Below are positions 26,387-35,187 of a DNA stretch of 64,000 nucleotides, piece after piece. Below the pieces are notes generated by a model. It did no database searches. It saw only the letters and a list, made by a program, of their open reading frames with translations, and had not been told where the DNA came from. The position numbers were made by a program, and so were the translations under genes. The stretch's first letter is position 1, and each line of letters begins with the position of its first letter. Origin of the DNA: an uncultured Akkermansia sp. (GTDB taxonomy: Bacteria; Verrucomicrobiota; Kiritimatiellia; RFP12; JAAYNR01); assembly GCA_964506575.1 (NCBI GenBank), contig CAZDLY010000008.1:20-64019 (forward strand), read 5' to 3'.

Positions 26387-27793
26387 CTATGGCCTCTTCT
26401 TTTTGGGTGCGCTCTTCGGCTCTTCGTAAGTCTCAACGCCGGGCTCTTTCACCTCTTCAAGCAGGCGCTTGACGATCGTGATAGAGTTTATTCCCTCCGA
26501 GTCGGCGGAAAAGTTGGTCAGGATACGATGGCGCAACACCGGCATGGCGGCGTGTCGGACATCATTGCAGCTGACATGGATACGGCCTTCCAGCACGGCA
26601 CGCGCCTTGGCTGCCAGGATTAGGAACTGTCCAGCACGCGGTCCGGCGCCGGTCGAGACATACTTCTTGGTGAACGCCGGAGCCGTTTCCTCGCCAGGCC
26701 GGGTTGCCCGAACCAGCTTGACCGCATAGCTGACCACATGCGGGGAGACCGGGATTTTCCGCACCACCTCCTGCAGATGGATCACCGCCTGCTTGTCGAC
26801 CACCACCTTCGGTTCTCCGCCCGCCGACATGGTGGTCCGGGCGACGATCTCCATCTCCTCGTCCAGCGTCGGATAGTCTACAAAAATATTGAACATAAAC
26901 CGGTCGAGCTGCGCTTCGGGCAACGGGTAGGTTCCCTCCTGCTCAATGGGATTCTGGGTGGCCAGCACAAAGAATGGCTTGTCGAGCGTGTAGACCTCTT
27001 TCCCGACGCTGACCTGTTTCTCCTGCATGGCCTCCAACAACGCGGCCTGCGTTTTCGGCGGCGTACGGTTGATTTCGTCCGCCAGCAGCATATTACAGAA
27101 GATCGGTCCCTGCATGAAGCGGAATTCCTTCTGCTGGGTCACCCGGTCTGTTTCCAGCACCTCGGTCCCCGTGATATCCGACGGCATCAAGTCGGGCGTA
27201 AACTGAATACGCTTAAACTTCATATCCAGCACTTTGGCGATCGTATTGACGGTCAGCGTCTTGGCCAGCCCAGGCAAGCCGATCAACAGGGCATGCCCGC
27301 CCGCGATGATGCACATTAAAATCTCATTGAGCACGTCTTCTTGGCCGATAATGACCTTGCCCACCTCCCTGCGGATGGCATCCATGGATTCGCGCATCTG
27401 TTTGACCAACTGAAGGTCGCCATCCGTCGTCAAGCTTTTTTGTTCATGTTCAGGGGCGCTTTTCGGGGTGGGCGACGGAGCATGTCCAGCGCCTGGCTTC
27501 GCCTCATTCCTAAAGACAAAGATCGTACCGCCGACGGCGATGAGATCATTCTCCTTCAACGGGGAGGTCACGACGGCGGCATCATTGAGAAGGGTTCCGT
27601 TGGCGCTGTCGAGATCAGCCAGGCACCACACCCCTTTATCGTCGCAAAAAACTCTAGCGTGATGGCGTGACACCATCGCATCGTTCTCCAGCCTGATGGC
27701 ACACGTCTCATCACGCCCGACCACTATTTCACCGCCTGCCAAATCAAATGCCTGCCCCTCAAACTGCCCCTTCTTCACTAACAGACTAGCCAT
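26387..27793 (-). CDS. FHA domain - MoxR-family AAA+ ATPase fusion
   Basis: The N-terminus has FHA motifs (VVGRDETCAIRLENDAMVSRHHARV...LADLDSANGTLLND). A MoxR core follows a linker (IIGQEDVLNEILMCIIAGGHALLIGLPGLAKT, LADEINRTPPKTQAALLEAMQE). Confidence 0.85.
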   Translation of the reverse strand: MASLLVKKGQFEGQAFDLAGGEIVVGRDETCAIRLENDAMVSRHHARVFCDDKGVWCLADLDSANGTLLNDAAVVTSPLKENDLIAVGGTIFVFRNEAKPGAGHAPSPTPKSAPEHEQKSLTTDGDLQLVKQMRESMDAIRREVGKVIIGQEDVLNEILMCIIAGGHALLIGLPGLAKTLTVNTIAKVLDMKFKRIQFTPDLMPSDITGTEVLETDRVTQQKEFRFMQGPIFCNMLLADEINRTPPKTQAALLEAMQEKQVSVGKEVYTLDKPFFVLATQNPIEQEGTYPLPEAQLDRFMFNIFVDYPTLDEEMEIVARTTMSAGGEPKVVVDKQAVIHLQEVVRKIPVSPHVVSYAVKLVRATRPGEETAPAFTKKYVSTGAGPRAGQFLILAAKARAVLEGRIHVSCNDVRHAAMPVLRHRILTNFSADSEGINSITIVKRLLEEVKEPGVETYEEPKSAPKKKRP

Positions 27794-27814
27794 GGAAGCA
27801 CCCTTTCATCACCC

Positions 27815-28534
27815 TTATTTGTTCTTCTTATCGTTACTCATATCAATGTCACCCAGGTTCTTCACTTGATCCGTGACCCGGATGTTTGACAATAGATCCG
27901 AGTAATGGTGTATCGGATTGAGCAGACGGAGATCGACCGTCACGGGATAGAGATCCCTTTTCTGGACCACCTGCCAGCCCACGCCAACATCCTTCAACCA
28001 AATCAATTTGAACGTCCGGCGTCCCTGCCCTTTGAGTGGTTCGTAATCCGCGGTGACCGTTCCAGGGCCATCCCGGTACTGTGTCACCACGCACCGGGCG
28101 AAGTTGCCCCGTCCGGTGGTGCCGGCGATGCGGTGAACAGTCTTTTTGTTAAAAAACGGATCGGATTCGTTGACGATCTGGGTGATGCTTTGACGATCCT
28201 TATCTGTTAGCGTATCGGGTTCGAACGACAGCTGGAGGCCCTCAAAAAACTCATTTTCATAGATGACGAAGAGGTCATATTTTGCCATCGGCAGATTCCC
28301 GAACGCGAACTCCCGCCGGCTCGTACCGGAGATCTGCCCTTCGTAGACGAAGCGCGGTTCGTCAGGCGGCATGGCCAGTATCTGGAGGATCGGCAATTCC
28401 GGCTTAATGATTCGACCCGCGATCCCGCCTGAAGCGGACAGATCCGGTGCCGTATACAACCGGCCGCGTTCTTTTTCGGCAGCCCATGCCGACAGCGTCA
28501 ATAACAGCAGGCCAACACCCGCAATTCTTTTCAT
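27815..28534 (-). CDS. exported hypothetical protein (possible CarboxypepD_reg-like beta-sandwich at N-terminus)
   Basis: Has a signal peptide (MKRIAGVGLLLLTLSAWA) and an AGGGAG RBS before the ATG at 28534. GGIAGRII...FAFGNLPMAKYDLFV loosely resembles carboxypeptidase-regulatory-like domains. No firm family assignment. Confidence 0.55.
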   Translation of the reverse strand: MKRIAGVGLLLLTLSAWAAEKERGRLYTAPDLSASGGIAGRIIKPELPILQILAMPPDEPRFVYEGQISGTSRREFAFGNLPMAKYDLFVIYENEFFEGLQLSFEPDTLTDKDRQSITQIVNESDPFFNKKTVHRIAGTTGRGNFARCVVTQYRDGPGTVTADYEPLKGQGRRTFKLIWLKDVGVGWQVVQKRDLYPVTVDLRLLNPIHHYSDLLSNIRVTDQVKNLGDIDMSNDKKNK

Positions 28535-28554
28535 AAACAGCTCCCTATCGACGA

Positions 28555-30891
28555 TCACTCCTCGTTGCCGCCAAATACCGTCCGCTTACGGATTTCTTTC
28601 TCAAGCTTCTCAATGGCCGCGTCGGGTTCCTTCATGGCATACATGCAATCTTTAATCATTTGCAGGGCCTCGGGCAGGAAATTCGAAACGTCAACCTGGT
28701 CGCAATACGCGGTCAGAAGCTTGCGAGCCCGTTTGTAATCCTCCAACCGCATATACAGCTTGGCCTCGCAAAGAATGTAATCGCCGGAAATTTTAGCCAT
28801 CGGAAAGGCCCGTTCCCATCGTTGCAAGGCTTGGAACGCCTCCAGGTAGAATCCCTGGCTGATCAGCATGTCCACATATTCAGAGGCAGCCACCTCCCGG
28901 ATAGCGGCCAGTTTCCAGGTAGGCACATTCTGAGGCGCGCCCATCGGATCCTGAGGCGTGACCACCGGAACCAGACGGTTCTTCCCCTCCTTCGGGTCAC
29001 TCTTGCCACCCTTGACTAGCTTTTTCCGGGACTCAATGAGGTCACGCACCTTCCTCGGGCCTTCGAGCACGGGCCGCAGCGGGCCCTCGAGCACGGGCCG
29101 CAGTGGCGTTGTCTGGACCTTCTGGGCCTCGGCCTTGGAGCGGCTCTGGACATCCCCGTACCGTTGCGTGGCGGCGTTGATGTTACGAGAGAGAAACTCC
29201 AGATCTCCCATGCGTACCTTGGCCCATTCTCCCCCGTCGCCGCTGCTAGTGATCAGCGGAGTGATGATTCTTCTGGCGCCATCCAAATCATCCAGATAAT
29301 ACATCAGGACTTCCGCCTGCTTCAGCTTCAAGACCACGGACCGGGTCCCGGGAAAGACCTCCTCGCTGAATTCGGAAGCCCATTTCATCGCCTCCTTGGG
29401 CTTGCGGGGCCCCATGGAAAAGAGGGCGACATCCTGTAACAGGGCCTTCTTGTCGGGATCCAGCTTCTTCTTGAAAAAGTCCCACCGCTGCGTCACAACA
29501 TATTCCAGCAATGGGTTCGCGCCTTTCAGATCGAATACACGGAAGAAATTGTTCCACATCGCCGCATCCCATTGCGCGAGGGGGTCCGCCTGATCCGGGT
29601 AAGCCCTCAACATCGTATAGCAGGCCAGGTTAAAATCCTGCCGCGTATTCTCGTCGTCTAAGCTACTGCTGTGGCTTGCGCACGTATAGAAAATCGATCT
29701 GGCGGAGGCCTTCTTCCCCGCCACCTCCGCAGTCAGCGTCACCGGGGTGTATTTTCCCCCTTTAAAGAGCCAACGGATTTCGGGGCCGTCGATCCTGGCC
29801 TCCGGGGTTGTCTCCATATGCCAGCTGTACCGGGTTTCGGGCGGATTATTCTTTGTCCAGGCTTTCAGACCGTAAGCGATCAGTTCATCCTCTCCCGGGA
29901 ACACGAACACACTGGTGGACCGCACATCAAATGCGGCAACCGGCCCGGTGCGTGACTGGATATCGCGAACACGACACTGGCCGGATTTCACGACATGCCT
30001 GGCATCAATCAGGCACGATTCATTCATAGACGTTCCGGGATATCGCAGGTCTTTCGCGCGAGGACCGCCAAGCTCGCCAATGGTTGTCTTGGGTGTACGC
30101 CAGCTGAACATCATGGGACCGCTGGCTCTATTGGGGTCCACGCTGTATCCGTAGAGTTCCACTTTATGCAGACCCGCGGACAAATGAATCGTGTCTCCGA
30201 CACCGCCGACCTTCTCGTTCTTTTTGGCCAGCTTCAGCATCTTGCCGTCAATCGCGATCTCCATGTTGCCGGATCTTGCCTGGGGAGCAACCCAGGTGGG
30301 CCCTGGATCCGTGACTTGGATATACGCCAACATATACATGGCGCTACCTCCTGCCAGCCCCTCCGACATGGCCATTGGAATCGACTGGTTCCCCCAGGCG
30401 GCTGGCTTCCAGGCCTGATTAGCACATTCGGCCTTCGGGCCGACAGCGCCCAAGGCAGCCAGTCTCATCGCATCTTCCCTGTCCCGGGTTTCATTGATTG
30501 CACAGAGGATGGCACTGGGCGTCAGGCCGCTCTGCGGGGTCCAGAGGTTCAGTCTGCTGGCACTTCGAAAATAGACCACCACTTTCTCTCCAGCCTGAGG
30601 AGCTTCGAAGACCAGACCACACCCAGTATCTTTGCAATGCCACAGTATGCCACTCTTCAATGCATTGCCATTTTCATCAACCACAACCGACTCCGGCGTG
30701 GAGCCAGGCAGCAGCCCGCCATCCTGGATGAACACGAAATAGCCTGCACTCGGATGGCTGGGCGTGTTGACCAACTCCACCACGAACCGGACCGACGCAT
30801 CCTTAATCGCCCAGTCTCCGGAAATTTCAACCCCGGACGCAGAGAGCACAAAACCCGTAACCAGTATACCTAATGTTTTGATCTTCATCAC
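28555..30891 (-). CDS. large exported hypothetical protein, beta-rich N-half and TPR-like helical C-terminus
   Basis: Has a signal peptide (MMKIKTLGILVTGFVLSA). The C-terminal repeats (YLEAFQALQRWERAF..., AKLYMRLEDYKRARKLL) look TPR-like. It overlaps both neighbouring genes by 4 nt. No firm family assignment. Confidence 0.55.
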   Translation of the reverse strand: MMKIKTLGILVTGFVLSASGVEISGDWAIKDASVRFVVELVNTPSHPSAGYFVFIQDGGLLPGSTPESVVVDENGNALKSGILWHCKDTGCGLVFEAPQAGEKVVVYFRSASRLNLWTPQSGLTPSAILCAINETRDREDAMRLAALGAVGPKAECANQAWKPAAWGNQSIPMAMSEGLAGGSAMYMLAYIQVTDPGPTWVAPQARSGNMEIAIDGKMLKLAKKNEKVGGVGDTIHLSAGLHKVELYGYSVDPNRASGPMMFSWRTPKTTIGELGGPRAKDLRYPGTSMNESCLIDARHVVKSGQCRVRDIQSRTGPVAAFDVRSTSVFVFPGEDELIAYGLKAWTKNNPPETRYSWHMETTPEARIDGPEIRWLFKGGKYTPVTLTAEVAGKKASARSIFYTCASHSSSLDDENTRQDFNLACYTMLRAYPDQADPLAQWDAAMWNNFFRVFDLKGANPLLEYVVTQRWDFFKKKLDPDKKALLQDVALFSMGPRKPKEAMKWASEFSEEVFPGTRSVVLKLKQAEVLMYYLDDLDGARRIITPLITSSGDGGEWAKVRMGDLEFLSRNINAATQRYGDVQSRSKAEAQKVQTTPLRPVLEGPLRPVLEGPRKVRDLIESRKKLVKGGKSDPKEGKNRLVPVVTPQDPMGAPQNVPTWKLAAIREVAASEYVDMLISQGFYLEAFQALQRWERAFPMAKISGDYILCEAKLYMRLEDYKRARKLLTAYCDQVDVSNFLPEALQMIKDCMYAMKEPDAAIEKLEKEIRKRTVFGGNEE
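29057..29104. repeat. 24-nt tandem duplication inside the 778-aa gene
   Basis: GGGCCTTCGAGCACGGGCCGCAGC is followed by GGGCCCTCGAGCACGGGCCGCAGT (2 mismatches). The pair encodes PLRPVLEG-PLRPVLEG on the minus strand. Confidence 0.9.
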
Positions 30892-33800
30892 ATCACTTCA
30901 TTCAGCTTTTTATAATATTCGGCATTCAATTTTCGATATTTCTCAGGCGACAGCTCTTGATCAGCCTCGATCACATCCGTCAGGGTCGAGATGAAATTTT
31001 GTCCATCCAGGCTAGTTGCGCTCCCTTCGCCAAGTTCGGTCTTGGCTTTATTCAAGGCCCCGATCGCTTTGCGCCGCAGTTCCGCCATCTGACTGATGGG
31101 GACGCCCTTGGAGATCGCATCCGTGGCCTGGCGGATGTGGTGGGCCGCAGCCTCCAGCGAATCCGTACGCAGGCCTTTCATGGAAGCCTGCGCATACGCC
31201 TGGTTTGTCTTCTTGGCCATATTCTCCAGTGCCTGGGACCAGCTGCCGGCCTCGGTTGCGTTCATGCGATCCGTGCCGCCGCCGTCTCCCCAGTCATCAC
31301 CCTTGCCCGATCCGAGCTTGCCGCCTCCCGTGGCCTTCGTATCGGCTTCGCCATCTGCCGTGACCTGTCCGGACTGGGTGGGGTCCTGCGTGCGCCGCGC
31401 CTGGATCGCGTCATCCCCCTTCCCGATGGTGCCCGAACCGGCGGCGGTTTCTCCGCTCGACATTCCCTGGCGCCCGACATTCGACCGTCCGTCCTGCTCT
31501 TTGTGATCCGGAGCCTCGTTGCCAGACTTTCCCTTTGCTGAAAAGGCCGTGATATCGCCTTCCATGATTTCACCGCCGCTTTCCATGTCAGGGGCAGAGG
31601 CGTTGATTGCGCCGTCATCGGCCTCCTTGGCCAGCTGCTCGTCAATCTTCTGAAGATCACCAATGATATCCGCCAATGATGTTTGCAGGGGCGTCAGAGC
31701 GACTCCCTCCGGCATCTCTTCCTTGTCCGCAGCCTCCACGGTAATCTTGGTGGCGTCCGGTTCCTTGCCGAGCCACATTTCAAAATCGTCCAGCAGCTCT
31801 GTGGCTTTCTCCATTGCGTCCAGCAGGTATTCACGCTTGCTCACCGCCTTCTCCGCCACAGGCCCCCCGCCGGGTGTCTTCTCGCCGGAACCTGCCGTCT
31901 GCTTCACCTCTTCAAACGTGGAGAAGACATCCTCCACCAAGTCGTTCCCCACATTCAGGTGCGCAAATATATCGAGATCCTTGGGGATTTGAAGCATCGC
32001 ATCCTTGATATTCTTCTCAATCTCGGCGGCCTGCGCTTCCATGACATCGAAATCTTTGGTGTTCTTGTTTTTGTTAGCCTCGATGCTGTCCATTTCTTCT
32101 TTGAGCTTTTTCGCCATCTCCTTGAGTTTTTCCAGTTTGGCTTCCGCAACCTTGATGGCATCGATCATCTCCTCCTGCGTTTCCTTTTCACTCTTCGCAA
32201 GGACCTCCTCAAACCGTTTACGTGCGGCCTGAAGCTTGGTATAGGCATTGCGCTCATGCTGGACAGCGTCAGTCGCTTTGTTTCCCTCCAGCTGTTCGGC
32301 GGCGAGCAGCATGTCGTCACGGATCTTTTCCCTCTCACAGAACGTCGCGACGGATTCCACAAAAGCCGCCTGATCCTTATCTTCCCACTGACCGGACGAC
32401 GCTTCAGCCCTGCAAGCCTTAATGAAGGCGATGAGCTCTGAACTCAGCTTGTCCTGATGAGTCACAACCGACGAAGCCACCGCGACGTTCTGGGTTGCAC
32501 AGTTCAAGGTCGTCCGGAGGATCTCCGCCTGTCCGGTGATAATGCCGTCCAGGATGCCGATCAGAGAACTGGTTTTATTGGCCTCCTGTACCTTATTGGC
32601 CGACTCGCCTGCAAAGGTCAGTTGGCGCAAGATTTTTTCCTGCATGGAAAGCGCCAGGACGACCTGCTGGTCTTTCGCCGCGACATCCTTCACTTCAGGA
32701 ACCTTCCTCAATGCCGGAATCACCTCTGCCATTTCATTCACATACAGTTTCTTGACCGTTGCCATCAGGTTTCCAAAAATGCCGTCACCGCCCTTTTCGA
32801 CCAGCAGCCTCACCGTCTTCCGGATGAGTTCCTGCTGTTCCACCCTTTCATTCCATTGTTCATCCTGAGAGGCCATCAATTTTCCCTGAAGCTGTTTGGT
32901 GCGGTCGATATTCTCGCGCTGGAGTTCAATCACCTGACTCAGCCCTTCAGCGGCCTTCTTGAACTCCTCCTGTCGCTTTTTCGCCGCTGACGAAAGATCC
33001 TCCCGTTCAAAACTGAGCATCGGCGAGATCGTCACGTTTGGGGATTCCGCACGATTGTCCTTCGCGACAACCCGCAACGTGAGGCTACCCGTATCGGCCG
33101 TCTTCCGAATGTCACCCTTCCACAGGAAGGAAAGGTCTTGGCCTCGGTATTCCTCCCGGCTGTAGCGCTTCAGTATCTTGGGCTGTTCAGCCGTGTCCCC
33201 GGGACCGGGGAGTTGCTCGATGATGATCTCGCTGAACCCGAAATCATCGGAAACGGAGAAGTCAATGCTGGGCGCAAAGCCGGGCGGCAGGGGCACGGGC
33301 TTCTGGGGATAGTTGACCGTGAGCACCGGGGGCCTGTCCGGGAGGAGGTTAAACCCCATTACGGCCTCGGCCTCGTCCCCATTCGTCGCCACTGCGGCAA
33401 GCTTCAGGGCGGCCCCGTTGGTCATGGTGAGGGTGGCGACGCCATTCCGGCTCTCTCCTTTCAGCACCAGGTTCATAGGTTCGCCCATCCCGGAAAGGAC
33501 AAGCGAGCGCAGCGGGGTGTTGCACGCGGCCGTCAGTTCGGCCTTCGAACCGTACGGGATGTCGATCGCCTTCGACTGCCCGTCATACTTCCGTGCGGGC
33601 AACCCCATATAGGCGGGCGGGACCACCTTCAGCAGAAGGGAGTTGAACGCCAGGGGTGGCCGCAAGGTAATCTCATTCCAGCCCGCGACATAGGCGTCGC
33701 CGGCCCGGAAGCGGTATTTCAAGGCCGTCGTGACCTTGTTCAGCGTATAGGAAAAAACCTCTGATCCGGCACCTGTGATCGTACCCAGATTATAGGTTAT

Positions 33801-34487
33801 CACCTCGCCATCCGCGGGGTACACGTCCAGTCGCACCGCATGTCCCGACTGGCCTTCAACCGTACACGACAACGGGATGTCTCCGCCCTGCAGCACCGTG
33901 GCATCGCCCGGGCTGACAGCGAGAATACGTGTCAGGCTTACCGGCGCGATTTCGGCAAACGGATTCAGAATCCGTACCATCGAAACCGACCAGGCCCGCC
34001 CCAGAAAAGCGAAGGGAACCACGAGCAGAACGACCGCCACCCCCAGCGCCAGCTGTGCCTGTCGCAACGTACGCCGATCCTTCATTGAGGCTAAATTCAG
34101 TCCATCCCAATGAGGGATATTCATTTTGACATACGTCGCGATGAAAGCATCCCGGACGCCGACGGCGGAGAATTGCAGGAAGTTGATCAGGTGGTTGTCG
34201 AGTTCAGGAAAGGTCTGTTCCACGCGGACAGCCACGCCCTCCGGAGTATGACGGCGAGATAACGTCTTCATCACAAGCCCCACAAGAACGGTGGAGCCCA
34301 GCAACAGAAAACTCCAGGCCGTCAGCCGTCCGCCCCGGCTAAAACGCGCCAGCCAATCGCTCCATGCCAGACAGAGGAGCAGCACGAGCACCAGGGCCAG
34401 TCCAGCCGTGAACTGGATCTCCGCCCGCCATCGGTTCAGCATCTGTCCGATTCTTTTTAGCTGTCCAACCACTGCGGAGAGCGCCAT
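30888..34487 (-). CDS. giant membrane-anchored coiled-coil protein, DUF4175-like
   Basis: Has two N-terminal TM helices, then VEQTFPELDNHLINFLQF, a beta-rich middle, a long Glu/Lys coiled-coil, an acidic Gly-rich region and a C-terminal ...EKYRKLNAEYYKKLNE tail. I recall this tail from DUF4175 proteins of MoxR/BatA operons. Confidence 0.6.
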   Translation of the reverse strand: MALSAVVGQLKRIGQMLNRWRAEIQFTAGLALVLVLLLCLAWSDWLARFSRGGRLTAWSFLLLGSTVLVGLVMKTLSRRHTPEGVAVRVEQTFPELDNHLINFLQFSAVGVRDAFIATYVKMNIPHWDGLNLASMKDRRTLRQAQLALGVAVVLLVVPFAFLGRAWSVSMVRILNPFAEIAPVSLTRILAVSPGDATVLQGGDIPLSCTVEGQSGHAVRLDVYPADGEVITYNLGTITGAGSEVFSYTLNKVTTALKYRFRAGDAYVAGWNEITLRPPLAFNSLLLKVVPPAYMGLPARKYDGQSKAIDIPYGSKAELTAACNTPLRSLVLSGMGEPMNLVLKGESRNGVATLTMTNGAALKLAAVATNGDEAEAVMGFNLLPDRPPVLTVNYPQKPVPLPPGFAPSIDFSVSDDFGFSEIIIEQLPGPGDTAEQPKILKRYSREEYRGQDLSFLWKGDIRKTADTGSLTLRVVAKDNRAESPNVTISPMLSFEREDLSSAAKKRQEEFKKAAEGLSQVIELQRENIDRTKQLQGKLMASQDEQWNERVEQQELIRKTVRLLVEKGGDGIFGNLMATVKKLYVNEMAEVIPALRKVPEVKDVAAKDQQVVLALSMQEKILRQLTFAGESANKVQEANKTSSLIGILDGIITGQAEILRTTLNCATQNVAVASSVVTHQDKLSSELIAFIKACRAEASSGQWEDKDQAAFVESVATFCEREKIRDDMLLAAEQLEGNKATDAVQHERNAYTKLQAARKRFEEVLAKSEKETQEEMIDAIKVAEAKLEKLKEMAKKLKEEMDSIEANKNKNTKDFDVMEAQAAEIEKNIKDAMLQIPKDLDIFAHLNVGNDLVEDVFSTFEEVKQTAGSGEKTPGGGPVAEKAVSKREYLLDAMEKATELLDDFEMWLGKEPDATKITVEAADKEEMPEGVALTPLQTSLADIIGDLQKIDEQLAKEADDGAINASAPDMESGGEIMEGDITAFSAKGKSGNEAPDHKEQDGRSNVGRQGMSSGETAAGSGTIGKGDDAIQARRTQDPTQSGQVTADGEADTKATGGGKLGSGKGDDWGDGGGTDRMNATEAGSWSQALENMAKKTNQAYAQASMKGLRTDSLEAAAHHIRQATDAISKGVPISQMAELRRKAIGALNKAKTELGEGSATSLDGQNFISTLTDVIEADQELSPEKYRKLNAEYYKKLNEVM

Positions 34488-34489
34488 AA

Positions 34490-35137
34490 CTACTCTCCTT
34501 TCTTCACCGTAACCTGGCTTGGCAATTTCACAATCTTAACATTGGCGAGATAGAAATTGCCTGCGCCATAAGTCGCCCCGGGCACGAATATCAGGACTGT
34601 GAGATACCTGACTTTTTGCAAGTGGCTGAAGGCAAGCTCCGAAATCTCCGGCATGGGAAACTCCACGCTGACGCTCTCCCAGGCGGCCCCGTTCACATCC
34701 ACGCTCGCCGCCTTGTAGGTGCGCCGCATATCCTGAATCAGCGGTTTATCGTCCGGCGGAATTCCCGGTTTCAGGTTATACCCCTGGAACAGTATCTTCA
34801 CGCTCACGGCGTCAACAAGAATGTCAAACGTGCACTTGTACCGATCCCCCGTCTTGTACGGAATCAGCGGTGTTTCGACCTTTGACTCGTATCCGGACGG
34901 CACGGCCATTTTCAATACATTCTTTTTGCCTCGGAACTCCGGCAGATAAGAAACATTGAGATGATTGCCCATCTGGTGCTTGTTGGCCGTCCAGTCAAAA
35001 TCGATATTCCAACCGTCAAAATGGCCCTTCTCCGAATCGAACGAGTGGTTATAACATACGTTCTCATCGACAGCCTGGGATGACAGCGTCATGGCCAGAC
35101 CACCGATCATGCACCCCAAAAACTGCATCCACTTCAT
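34490..35137 (-). CDS. exported hypothetical protein (possible CBM/jelly-roll fold)
   Basis: Has a signal peptide (MKWMQFLGCMIGGLAMTLSSQA). The 215-aa sequence is beta-rich (GWNIDFDWTANK...). It lies 2 nt from the downstream gene. Confidence 0.5.
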   Translation of the reverse strand: MKWMQFLGCMIGGLAMTLSSQAVDENVCYNHSFDSEKGHFDGWNIDFDWTANKHQMGNHLNVSYLPEFRGKKNVLKMAVPSGYESKVETPLIPYKTGDRYKCTFDILVDAVSVKILFQGYNLKPGIPPDDKPLIQDMRRTYKAASVDVNGAAWESVSVEFPMPEISELAFSHLQKVRYLTVLIFVPGATYGAGNFYLANVKIVKLPSQVTVKKGE

Positions 35138-35187
35138 AACGATCCTCCGTGAGAGATTCCGTTTTCGTTTGCAATTATACCACTTTA

